Positions 44,501 to 56,566 of a stretch of DNA of 64,000 bases are shown here, one piece after another. The translations under genes were made by a program, and so were the position numbers. The stretch spans positions 273,544,001-273,608,000 of the forward strand of contig OZ024741.1 in assembly GCA_964016885.1 (NCBI GenBank), written 5' to 3'. Every line of letters begins with the position of its first letter. Positions within the stretch are counted from its first letter, which is position 1. Origin of the DNA: Eledone cirrhosa. Its lineage: Eukaryota. The notes beneath the pieces are model-generated. The model did no database searches. It was not told the DNA's origin and saw only the letters and a list, made by a program, of their open reading frames with translations.

Positions 44501-47500
44501 ATCAGACCAGATAGTGTCTGTAAAGTGTCTGTGTGTCACTATGTCACCGCTATCAGACCAGATAGTGTCTGTAAAGTGGTTGTATGTCACTATGTCACTG
44601 TTATCAGACCAGATAGTGTCTGTAAAGTGGTGGTATGTCACTATGTCACCGCTATCAGACCAGATGGTGTCTGTAAAGTGGTTGTATGTCACTATGTCAC
44701 TGTTATCAGACCAGATAGTGTCTGTAAAGTGTCTGTATGTCATTATGTCACTGTTATCAGACCAGATAGTGTCTGTGTGTCACTGTGTCACCGTTATCAG
44801 ACCAGATAGTGTCTGTAAAGTGTCTGTATGTCACTATGTCACCGCTATCAGACCAGACAGTGTCTGTAATGTGGCTGTATGTCACTGTGTCACCGCTATC
44901 AGACCAGATAGTGTCTCTAAAGTGTCAGTATGTCACTATGTCACCGCTATTAGACCAGATAGTGTCTGTATGTCACTATGTCACCGTTATCAGACCAGAT
45001 AGTGTCTGTAATGTGGCTGTATGTCACTGTGTCACCGCTATCAGACCAGATAGTGTCTGTAATATGTCTGTATGTCACTATGTCACCGCTATCAGACCAG
45101 ATAGTGTCTGTATGTCACTATGTCACCGCTATCAGACCAGATGGTGTCTGTAAAGTGGCTGTATGTCACTATGTCACTGTTATCAGACCAGATGGTGTCT
45201 GTAAAGTGTCTGTATGTCACTATGTCACCGCTATCAAACCAGATGGTGTCTGTAAAGTGTCTGTATGTCACTATGTCACCGCTATCAGACCAGATGGTGT
45301 CTGTAAAGTGGCTGTATGTCACTATGTCACTGTTATCAGACCAGATAGTGTCTGTAAAATGTCTGTATGTCACTATGTCACCGCTATCAGACCAGATAAT
45401 GTCTGTAAAGTGTCTGTGTGTCACCATGTCACCGCTATCAGACCAGATAGTGTCTGTAAAGTGTCTGTATGTCACTATGTCACCGCTATCAGACCAGATA
45501 GTGTCTTTAACGTGGCTGTATGTCACTATGTCACCGCTATCAGACCAGATAGTGTCTGTAAAGTGTCTGTGTGTCACTATGTCACCGCTATCAGACCAGA
45601 TAGTGTCTTTAACGTGGCTGTATGTCACTATGTCACCGCTATCAGACCAGATAGTGTCTGTATGTCACTATATCACCGTTATCAGACCAGATAGTGTCTG
45701 TAAAGTGGCTGTATATCACTATGTCACCGCTATCAGACCAGATAGTGTCTGTAAAGTGTCTGTATGTCACTATGTCACTATGTCACCTCTATCAGACCAG
45801 ATAGTGTCTGTAAAGTGGCTGTATGTCACTATGTCACCGCTATCAGACCAGATAGTCTCTGTAAAGTGTCTGTATGTCACTATATCACTGTTATCAGACC
45901 AGATAGTGTCTGTATAGTGTCTGAATGTCACTATGTCACGGCTATCAGAACAGATAGTGTCTGTATGTCACTATGTCACCGTTATCCGACCAGATAGTAT
46001 CTGTAATGTGACTGTATGTCACTATGTCACCGCTATCAGGCCAGATAGTGTCTGTATGTCACTGCGTCACTGTTATCAGACCAGATAGTGTCTGTAAAGT
46101 GTCTGTGTGTCACTATGTCACCGCTATCAGACTAGATAGTGTCTGTAAAGTGTCTGTATGTCACTATGTCACCGCTATCAGACCAGATAGTGTCTGTAAA
46201 GTGTCTGTATGTCACTATGTCACGGCCATCCGACCAGATAGTGTCTGTAAAGTGTCTGTATGTCACCATGTCACCGCTATCAGACCAGATAGTGTCTGTA
46301 TGTCACTATGTCACCGTTATCAGACCAGATAGTGTCTGTATGTCACTGTGTCACTGTTATCAGACCAGATAGTGTCTGTAAAGTGTCTGTATGTCACTAT
46401 GTCACCGTTATCAGACCAGATAGTGTCTGTAAAGTGTCTGTATGTCACTGTGTCACCGCTATCAGACCAGACAGTGTCTGTAATGTGGCTGTATGTCATT
46501 ATGTCACCGCTATCAGACCAGATAGTGTCTGTAATGTGTCTGTATGTCACTATGTCACCGCTATCAGGCCAGATAGTGTCTGTATTTCACTGTGTCACTG
46601 TTATCAGACCAGATAGTGTCTGTAAAGTTTCTGTATGTCACTATGTCACCGTTATCAGACCAGATAGTGTCTGTAACGTGTCTGTATGTCACTATGTCAC
46701 CGTTATCAGACCAGATAGTGTCTGTAAAGTGTCTGTATGTCACCATGTCACCGCTATCAGACCAGATAGGGTCTGTATTTCACTATGTCACCGTTATCAG
46801 ACCAGATAGTGTCTGTATGTCACTGTGTCACTGTTATCAGACCAGATAGTGTCTGTAAAGTGTCTGTATGTCACTATGTCACCGTTATCAGACAAGATAG
46901 TGTCTGTAAAGTGTCTGTATGTCACTGTGTCACCGCTATCAGACCAGACAGTGTCTGTAATGTGGGTGTATGTCACTATGTCACAGCTATCAGACCAGAT
47001 AGTGTCTGTAATGTGTCTGTATGTCACTATGTCACCGCTATCAGACCAGATAGTGTCTGTATGTCACTGTGTCACTGTTATCAGACCAGATTGTGTCTGT
47101 AAAGTGTCTGTATGTCACTATGTCACCGTTATCAGACCAGATAGTGTCTGTAAAGTGTCTGTATGTCACGGTGTCACCGCTATCAGACCAGACAGTGTCT
47201 ATAATGTGACTGTATGTCACTATATCACCGCTATCAGGCCAGATAGTGTCTGTATGTCACTGTGTCACTGTTATCAGACCAGATAATGTCTGTAAAGTGT
47301 CTGTATGTCACTGTGTCACCGCTATCAGACCAGACAGTGTCTGTAATGTGGCTGTATGTCACTATGTCACCGCTATCAGACCAGATAGTGTCTGTAAAGT
47401 GTCTGTATGTCACTATGTCACTGTTATCAGACCAGATAGTGTCTGTAAAGTGTCTGTATGTCACTATGTCAACGCTATCAGACCAGATAGTGTCTGTATG

Positions 47501-50500
47501 TCACTATGTCACCGTTATCAGACCAGATAGTGTCTGTAAAGTGTCTGTATGTCACTATGTCACCGCTATCAAACCAGATAGTGTCTATATGTCACTATGT
47601 CATCGCTATCAGACCAGATAGTGTCTGTAAAGTGTTTGTATGTGACTATATCACTTTTATCAGACCAGATAGTGTCTGTAATGTGGCTGTATGTAACTAT
47701 GTCACCGCTATCAGACCAGATAGTGTCTGTATGTCACTATGTCACCGCTATCAGACCAGATAGTGTCTGTAAAGTGTCTGTATGTCACTATGTCACCGCT
47801 ATCAGAGCAGATAGTGTCTGTAAAGTGTCTGTATGTCACTGTGTCACCGCTATCAGACCAGAGTGTGTCTGTAAAGTGTCTGTATGTCACTATGTCACCG
47901 CTATCAGACCAGATAGTGTCTGTAAAGTGTCTGTATGTCACTATGTCATCGCTATCAGACCAGATAGTGTCTGTAATGTGGCTGTATGTCACTGTGTCAC
48001 CGCTATCAGACCAGATAGTGTCTGTAAAGTGTCTGTATATCACTAAGTCACTGTTATCAGACCATATAGTGTCTGTAAAGTGTCTGTATGTCACTATGTC
48101 ACCGCTATCAGACAAGATAGTGTCTGTAATGTGGCTGTATGTCAATATGTCACCGCTATCAGACCAGATAGTGTCTGTATGTCACTATGTCACCGCTATC
48201 AGACCAGATAGTGTCTGTAAAGTGTTTGTATGTTACTATGTCACCGCTATCAGACCAGATAGTGTCTGTAAAGTGTCTGTATGTCACTATGTCACCGTTA
48301 TCAGACCAGATAGTGTCTGTAAAGTGTCTGTATGTCACTATATCACCGCTATCAGACAAGCTACTGTCTGTAAAGTGTCTGTATGTCACTATGTCATCGC
48401 TATCAGACCAGATAGTGTCTGTAATGTGGCTGTATGTCACTGTGTCACCGCTATCAGACCAGATAGTGTCTGTAAAGTGTCTGTATGTCACTATGTCACC
48501 GCTATCAGACCAGATAGTGTCTGTAAAGTGTCTGTATGTCACTATGTCACCGCTATCAGACCAGATAGTGTCTGTGTGTCACTGTGTCACCGTTATCAGA
48601 CCAGATAGTGTCTGTAAAGTGTCTGTATGTCACTATGTCACCGCTATCAGACCAGACAGTGTCTGTAATGTGGCTGTATGTCACTGTGTCACCGCTATCA
48701 GACCAGATAGTGTCTCTAAAGTGTCAGTATGTCACTATGTCACCGCTATTAGACCAGATAGTGTCTGTATGTCACTATGTCACCGTTATCAGACCAGATA
48801 GTGTCTGTAATGTGGCTGTATGTCACTGTGTCACCGCTATCAGACCAGATAGTGTCTGTAATATGTCTGTATGTCACTATGTCACCGCTATCAGACCAGA
48901 TAGTGTCTGTATGTCACTATGTCACCGCTATCAGACCAGATGGTGTCTGTAAAGTGGCTGTATGTCACTATGTCACTGTTATCAGACCAGATGGTGTCTG
49001 TAAAGTGTCTGTATGTCACTATGTCACCGCTATCAAACCAGATGGTGTCTGTAAAGTGTCTGTATGTCACTATGTCACCGCTATCAGACCAGATGGTGTC
49101 TGTAAAGTGGCTGTATGTCACTATGTCACTGTTATCAGACCAGATAGTGTCTGTAAAATGTCTGTATGTCACTATGTCACCGCTATCAGACCAGATAATG
49201 TCTGTAAAGTGTCTGTGTGTCACCATGTCACCGCTATCAGACCAGATAGTGTCTGTAAAGTGTCTGTATGTCACTATGTCACCGCTATCAGACCAGATAG
49301 TGTCTTTAACGTGGCTGTATGTCACTATGTCACCGCTATCAGACCAGATAGTGTCTGTAAAGTGTCTGTGTGTCACTATGTCACCGCTATCAGACCAGAT
49401 AGTGTCTTTAACGTGGCTGTATGTCACTATGTCACCGCTATCAGACCAGATAGTGTCTGTATGTCACTATATCACCGTTATCAGACCAGATAGTGTCTGT
49501 AAAGTGGCTGTATATCACTATGTCACCGCTATCAGACCAGATAGTGTCTGTAAAGTGTCTGTATGTCACTATGTCACTATGTCACCTCTATCAGACCAGA
49601 TAGTGTCTGTAAAGTGGCTGTATGTCACTATGTCACCGCTATCAGACCAGATAGTCTCTGTAAAGTGTCTGTATGTCACTATATCACTGTTATCAGACCA
49701 GATAGTGTCTGTATAGTGTCTGAATGTCACTATGTCACGGCTATCAGAACAGATAGTGTCTGTATGTCACTATGTCACCGTTATCCGACCAGATAGTATC
49801 TGTAATGTGACTGTATGTCACTATGTCACCGCTATCAGGCCAGATAGTGTCTGTATGTCACTGCGTCACTGTTATCAGACCAGATAGTGTCTGTAAAGTG
49901 TCTGTGTGTCACTATGTCACCGCTATCAGACTAGATAGTGTCTGTAAAGTGTCTGTATGTCACTATGTCACCGCTATCAGACCAGATAGTGTCTGTAAAG
50001 TGTCTGTATGTCACTATGTCACGGCCATCCGACCAGATAGTGTCTGTAAAGTGTCTGTATGTCACCATGTCACCGCTATCAGACCAGATAGTGTCTGTAT
50101 GTCACTATGTCACCGTTATCAGACCAGATAGTGTCTGTATGTCACTGTGTCACTGTTATCAGACCAGATAGTGTCTGTAAAGTGTCTGTATGTCACTATG
50201 TCACCGTTATCAGACCAGATAGTGTCTGTAAAGTGTCTGTATGTCACTGTGTCACCGCTATCAGACCAGACAGTGTCTGTAATGTGGCTGTATGTCATTA
50301 TGTCACCGCTATCAGACCAGATAGTGTCTGTAATGTGTCTGTATGTCACTATGTCACCGCTATCAGGCCAGATAGTGTCTGTATTTCACTGTGTCACTGT
50401 TATCAGACCAGATAGTGTCTGTAAAGTTTCTGTATGTCACTATGTCACCGTTATCAGACCAGATAGTGTCTGTAACGTGTCTGTATGTCACTATGTCACC

Positions 50501-53500
50501 GTTATCAGACCAGATAGTGTCTGTAAAGTGTCTGTATGTCACCATGTCACCGCTATCAGACCAGATAGGGTCTGTATTTCACTATGTCACCGTTATCAGA
50601 CCAGATAGTGTCTGTATGTCACTGTGTCACTGTTATCAGACCAGATAGTGTCTGTAAAGTGTCTGTATGTCACTATGTCACCGTTATCAGACAAGATAGT
50701 GTCTGTAAAGTGTCTGTATGTCACTGTGTCACCGCTATCAGACCAGACAGTGTCTGTAATGTGGGTGTATGTCACTATGTCACAGCTATCAGACCAGATA
50801 GTGTCTGTAATGTGTCTGTATGTCACTATGTCACCGCTATCAGACCAGATAGTGTCTGTATGTCACTGTGTCACTGTTATCAGACCAGATTGTGTCTGTA
50901 AAGTGTCTGTATGTCACTATGTCACCGTTATCAGACCAGATAGTGTCTGTAAAGTGTCTGTATGTCACGGTGTCACCGCTATCAGACCAGACAGTGTCTA
51001 TAATGTGACTGTATGTCACTATATCACCGCTATCAGGCCAGATAGTGTCTGTATGTCACTGTGTCACTGTTATCAGACCAGATAATGTCTGTAAAGTGTC
51101 TGTATGTCACTGTGTCACCGCTATCAGACCAGACAGTGTCTGTAATGTGGCTGTATGTCACTATGTCACCGCTATCAGACCAGATAGTGTCTGTAAAGTG
51201 TCTGTATGTCACTATGTCACTGTTATCAGACCAGATAGTGTCTGTAAAGTGTCTGTATGTCACTATGTCAACGCTATCAGACCAGATAGTGTCTGTATGT
51301 CACTATGTCACCGTTATCAGACCAGATAGTGTCTGTAAAGTGTCTGTATGTCACTATGTCACCGCTATCAAACCAGATAGTGTCTATATGTCACTATGTC
51401 ATCGCTATCAGACCAGATAGTGTCTGTAAAGTGTTTGTATGTGACTATATCACTTTTATCAGACCAGATAGTGTCTGTAATGTGGCTGTATGTAACTATG
51501 TCACCGCTATCAGACCAGATAGTGTCTGTATGTCACTATGTCACCGCTATCAGACCAGATAGTGTCTGTAAAGTGTCTGTATGTCACTATGTCACCGCTA
51601 TCAGAGCAGATAGTGTCTGTAAAGTGTCTGTATGTCACTGTGTCACCGCTATCAGACCAGAGTGTGTCTGTAAAGTGTCTGTATGTCACTATGTCACCGC
51701 TATCAGACCAGATAGTGTCTGTAAAGTGTCTGTATGTCACTATGTCATCGCTATCAGACCAGATAGTGTCTGTAATGTGGCTGTATGTCACTGTGTCACC
51801 GCTATCAGACCAGATAGTGTCTGTAAAGTGTCTGTATATCACTAAGTCACTGTTATCAGACCATATAGTGTCTGTAAAGTGTCTGTATGTCACTATGTCA
51901 CCGCTATCAGACAAGATAGTGTCTGTAATGTGGCTGTATGTCAATATGTCACCGCTATCAGACCAGATAGTGTCTGTATGTCACTATGTCACCGCTATCA
52001 GACCAGATAGTGTCTGTAAAGTGTTTGTATGTTACTATGTCACCGCTATCAGACCAGATAGTGTCTGTAAAGTGTCTGTATGTCACTATGTCACCGTTAT
52101 CAGACCAGATAGTGTCTGTAAAGTGTCTGTATGTCACTATATCACCGCTATCAGACAAGCTACTGTCTGTAAAGTGTCTGTATGTCACTATGTCATCGCT
52201 ATCAGACCAGATAGTGTCTGTAATGTGGCTGTATGTCACTGTGTCACCGCTATCAGACCAGATAGTGTCTGTAAAGTGTCTGTATGTCACTATGTCACCG
52301 CTATCAGACCAGATAGTGTCTGTAAAGTGTCTGTATGTCACTATGTCACCGCTATCAGACCAGATAGTGTCTGTAAAGTGTCTGTATGTCACTATGTCAC
52401 TGTTATCAGACCAGATAGTGTCTGTAAAGTGTCTGTATGTCACTATGTCACCGCTATCAGACTAGATGGTGTCTGTAAAGTGTCTGTATGTCACTATGTC
52501 ACTGTTATCAGACCAGATAGTGTCTGTAAAGTGTCTGTGTGTCACTATGTCACCGCTATCAGACCAGATAGTGTCTGTAAAGTGGTTGTATGTCACTATG
52601 TCACTGTTATCAGACCAGATAGTGTCTGTAAAGTGGTGGTATGTCACTATGTCACCGCTATCAGACCAGATGGTGTCTGTAAAGTGGTTGTATGTCACTA
52701 TGTCACTGTTATCAGACCAGATAGTGTCTGTAAAGTGTCTGTATGTCATTATGTCACTGTTATCAGACCAGATAGTGTCTGTGTGTCACTGTGTCACCGT
52801 TATCAGACCAGATAGTGTCTGTAAAGTGTCTGTATGTCACTATGTCACCGCTATCAGACCAGACAGTGTCTGTAATGTGGCTGTATGTCACTGTGTCACC
52901 GCTATCAGACCAGATAGTGTCTCTAAAGTGTCAGTATGTCACTATGTCACCGCTATTGGACCAGATAGTGTCTGTATGTCACTATGTCACCGTTATCAGA
53001 CCAGATAGTGTCTGTAATGTGGCTGTATGTCACTGTGTCACCGCTATCAGACCAGATAGTGTCTGTAATATGTCTGTATGTCACTATGTCACCGCTATCA
53101 GACCAGATAGTGTCTGTATGTCACTATGTCACCGCTATCAGACCAGATGGTGTCTGTAAAGTGGCTGTATGTCACTATGTCACTGTTATCAGACCAGATG
53201 GTGTCTGTAAAGTGTCTGTATGTCACTATGTCACCGCTATCAAACCAGATGGTGTCTGTAAAGTGTCTGTATGTCACTATGTCACCGCTATCAGACCAGA
53301 TGGTGTCTGTAAAGTGGCTGTATGTCACTATGTCACTGTTATCAGACCAGATAGTGTCTGTAAAATGTCTGTATGTCACTATGTCACCGCTATCAGACCA
53401 GATAATGTCTGTAAAGTGTCTGTGTGTCACCATGTCACCGCTATCAGACCAGATAGTGTCTGTAAAGTGTCTGTATGTCACTATGTCACCGCTATCAGAC

Positions 53501-53810
53501 CAGATAGTGTCTTTAACGTGGCTGTATGTCACTATGTCACCGCTATCAGACCAGATAGTGTCTGTAAAGTGTCTGTGTGTCACTATGTCACCGCTATCAG
53601 ACCAGATAGTGTCTTTAACGTGGCTGTATGTCACTATGTCACCGCTATCAGACCAGATAGTGTCTGTATGTCACTATATCACCGTTATCAGACCAGATAG
53701 TGTCTGTAAAGTGGCTGTATATCACTATGTCACCGCTATCAGACCAGATAGTGTCTGTAAAGTGTCTGTATGTCACTATGTCACTATGTCACCTCTATCA
53801 GACCAGATAG
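41598..53810. repeat. Higher-order repeat block, 4207-bp unit x3 (middle copy 3799 bp, lacking 8 monomers)
   Basis: Matching ORFs at 41817/46024/49823 and 43532/47739/51538 (offsets 4207 and 3799; difference 408 = 8 x 51). Private variants AGAGCAGAT, CAAGCTACT and GTGACTATATCACTTTTATC each occur three times. Confidence 0.93.
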
Positions 53811-55876
53811 TGTCTGTAAAGTGTCTGTATGTCACTATATCACTGTTATCAGACCAGATAGTGTCTGTAATGTGGCTGTATGTCACTGTGTCACCGCTAT
53901 CAGACCAGATAGTGTCTGTAAAGTGTCTGTATACCACTATGTCACTGTTATCAGACCATATAGTGTCTGTAAAGTGTCTGTATGTCACTATGTCACCGCT
54001 ATCAGACAAGATAGTGTCTGTAATGTGGCTGTATGTCACTATGTCACCGCTATCAGACCAGATAGTGTCTGTAAAGTGTCTGTATGTCACTATGTCACCG
54101 TTATCAGACCAGATAATGTCTGTAAAGTGTCTGTATGTCACTATGTCACCGCTATCAGACCAGATAGTGTCTGTAAAGTGTCTGTATGTCACTATGTCAC
54201 CGCTATCAGACGAGATAGTGTCTGTAAAGTGTCTGTATGTCACTATGTCACCGCTATCAGACCAGATAGTGTCTGTAAAGTGTCTGTATGTCACTATGTC
54301 ACTGTTATCAGACAAGATAGTGTCTGTAATGTGTCTGTATGTCACTATGTCACCGCTATCAGACCAGATGGTGTCTGTAATGTGTCTGTATGTCACTATG
54401 TCACTGTTATCAGACCAGATAGTGTCTGTAAAGTGTCTGTATGTCACTATGTCACCGCTATCAGACCAGATGGTGTCTGTAATGTGTCTGTATGTCACTA
54501 TGTCACTGTTATCAGACCAGATAGTGTCTGTAAAGTGTCTGTGTGTCACTATGTCACCGCTATCAGACCAGATGGTGTCTGTAAAGTGGTTGTATGTCAC
54601 TATGTCACTGTTATCCGACCAGATAGTGTCTGTAAAGTGTCTGTATGTCACTATGTCACTGTTATCTGACCAGATAGTGTCTGTGTGTCACTGTGTCACC
54701 GTTATCAGACCAGATAGTGTCTGTAAAGTGTCTGTATGTCACTATGTCACCGCTATCAGACCAGACAGTGTCTGTAATGTGGCTGTATGTCACTGTGTCA
54801 CCGCTATCAGACTAGATAGTGTCTGTAAAGTGTCTGTATGTCACTATGTCACCGCTATCAGACCAGATAGTGTCTGTAATGTGTCTGTATGTCACTATGT
54901 CACCGCTATCAGACCAGATAGTGTCTGTATGTCACTATGTCACCGCTATCAGACCAGATAGTGTCTGTAAAGTGTCTGTATGTTACTATGTCACCGCTAT
55001 CAGACCAGATAGTGTCTGTAAAGTGTCTGTATGTCACTATGTCACCGCTATCAGACCAGATGGTGTCTGTAAAGTGTCTGTATGTCACTATGTCACCGCT
55101 ATCAGACCAGATGGTGTCTGTAAAGTGGCTGTATGTCACTATGTCACTGTTATCAGACCAGATAGTGTCTGTAAAATGTCTGTATGTCACTATGTCACCG
55201 CTATCAGACCAAATAGTGTCTGTAAAGTGTCTGTGTGTCACCATGTCACCGCTATCAGACCAGATAGTGTCTGTAAAGTGTCTGTGTGTCACTATGTCAC
55301 CGCTATCAGACCAGATAGTGTCTTTAACGTGGCTGTATGTCACTATGTCACTGTTATCAGACCAGATAGTGTCTGTAAAGTGTCTGTATGTCACCATGTC
55401 ACCGCTATCAGACCAGATAGTGTCTGTAAAGTGTCTGTGTGTCACTATGTCACCGCTATCAGACCAGATAGTGTCTTTAACGTGGCTGTATGTCAATATG
55501 TCACTGTTATGAGACCAGATAGTGTCTGTATGTCACTATATCACCGTTATCAGACCAGATAGTGTCTGTAAAGTGGCTGTATATCACTATGTCACCGCTA
55601 TCAGACCAGATAGTGTCTGTAAAGTGTCTGTATGTCACTATGTCACTATGTCACCTCTATCAGACCAGATAGTGTCTGTAAAGTGTCTGTGTGTCACTAT
55701 GTCACCTCTATCAGACCAGATAGTGTCTGTAAAGTGTCTGTATGTCACTATATCACCGCTATCAGACCAGATAGTGTCTTTAACGTGGCTGTATGTCAAT
55801 ATGTCACTGTTATCATACCAGATAGTGTCTGTAAAGTGTCTGTATGTCACTATGTCACTGTTATCGGACCAGATAG

Positions 55877-56392
55877 TGTCTGTAAAGTGTCTGAGTGTCA
55901 ACGTTATCAGATCAGATACTGTCTGTAAAGTGTCTGAGTGTCAACGTTATCAGAACAGATAGTGCCTGTAAAGTGTCTGAGTGTCAACGTTATCAGATCA
56001 GATACTGTCTGTAAAGTGTCTGAGTTTCAATGTTATCAGACCAGATAGTGTCTGTAAAGTGTCTGAGTGTCAACGTTATCAGATCAGATAGTGTCTGTAA
56101 TGTGTCTGAGTGTCAACGTTATCAGATCAGATACTGTCTGTAAAGTGTCTGCGTGTCAACGTTATCAGATCAGATAGTGTCTGTAAAGTGTCTGAGTGTC
56201 AACGTTATCAGATCAGATAGTGTCTGTAAAGTGTCGGAGTGTCAACGTTATCAGATCAGATACTGTCTGTAATGTGTCAACGTTATCATACTAGATAGTG
56301 TCTGTGTGTCGCTGTTATCAGACCAGATAATGTCTGTAAAGTGTCTGTATGTCGCCGTTAAGACAACAGATAATATCTATAAAATATCCATC
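55877..56392. repeat. Terminal satellite stratum: nine 43-bp monomers, then 35-, 32- and 43-bp degenerate units
   Basis: TGTCTGTAAAG-TGTCTGAG-TGTCAACG-TTATCAGATCAGATA(C/G) starts at 55877, 55920 ... 56221. Shorter and decayed units follow at 56264, 56299, 56331 and 56374. Confidence 0.95.
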
Positions 56393-56566
56393 ATGAATTG
56401 TGTATATATATATCACCTTCCCCCTTCCACCCCACCATTCTACTACATACAAAGTGTTTTACAAATATTCTAAGTTCCCTCAGGGGAACTATTCTACGGT
56501 TGAGGTGTTCTTTACTTTGTTTTAGCCACACATCGTGGTCACGGTCATAGAGCCGTAGTTGTGGCC

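Larger units (their letters stand above)
1..55876. repeat. Tandem satellite array, 51-bp consensus monomer with 40-bp and 59-bp variants (continues beyond left window edge)
   Basis: Continuous head-to-tail copies of TGTCTGTAAAGTGTCTGTATGTCACTATGTCACCGCTATCAGACCAGATAG in one orientation with no unique spacers. 40-bp units lack the first 11 bp; 59-bp units have an extra TGTCACTA. The 17-aa periodicity in the ORF track matches 51 bp. Confidence 0.99.

Noticed and set aside
1-55962. Hundreds of ORFs with 17-aa repeats (VCHYVTAIRPDSVCKVS, MSPLSDQIVSVKCLYVT, TYRHFTDTIWSDSGDIV) suggesting a giant Cys-rich repeat protein
   Set aside because: 51 bp is divisible by 3 and three frames happen to lack stops. 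The 40- and 59-bp units shift frame constantly, stops are scattered in every frame, and there is no unique N- or C-terminus.
1-56392. CRISPR array or other repeat-spacer system
   Set aside because: There are no unique spacers (the whole unit is repeated), no cas genes, and the context is eukaryotic.
1-56392. Hammerhead-encoding satellite, as in newt or schistosome satellites
   Set aside because: The minus strand has CTGATAG/CTGATAA rather than CTGAnGA, and no GAAA box is present in the consensus monomer.
56473-56490. Short hairpin AGTTCCC-tcag-GGGAACT beside the array edge
   Set aside because: A single 7-bp stem with no supporting context; a prokaryotic terminator interpretation is not applicable here.
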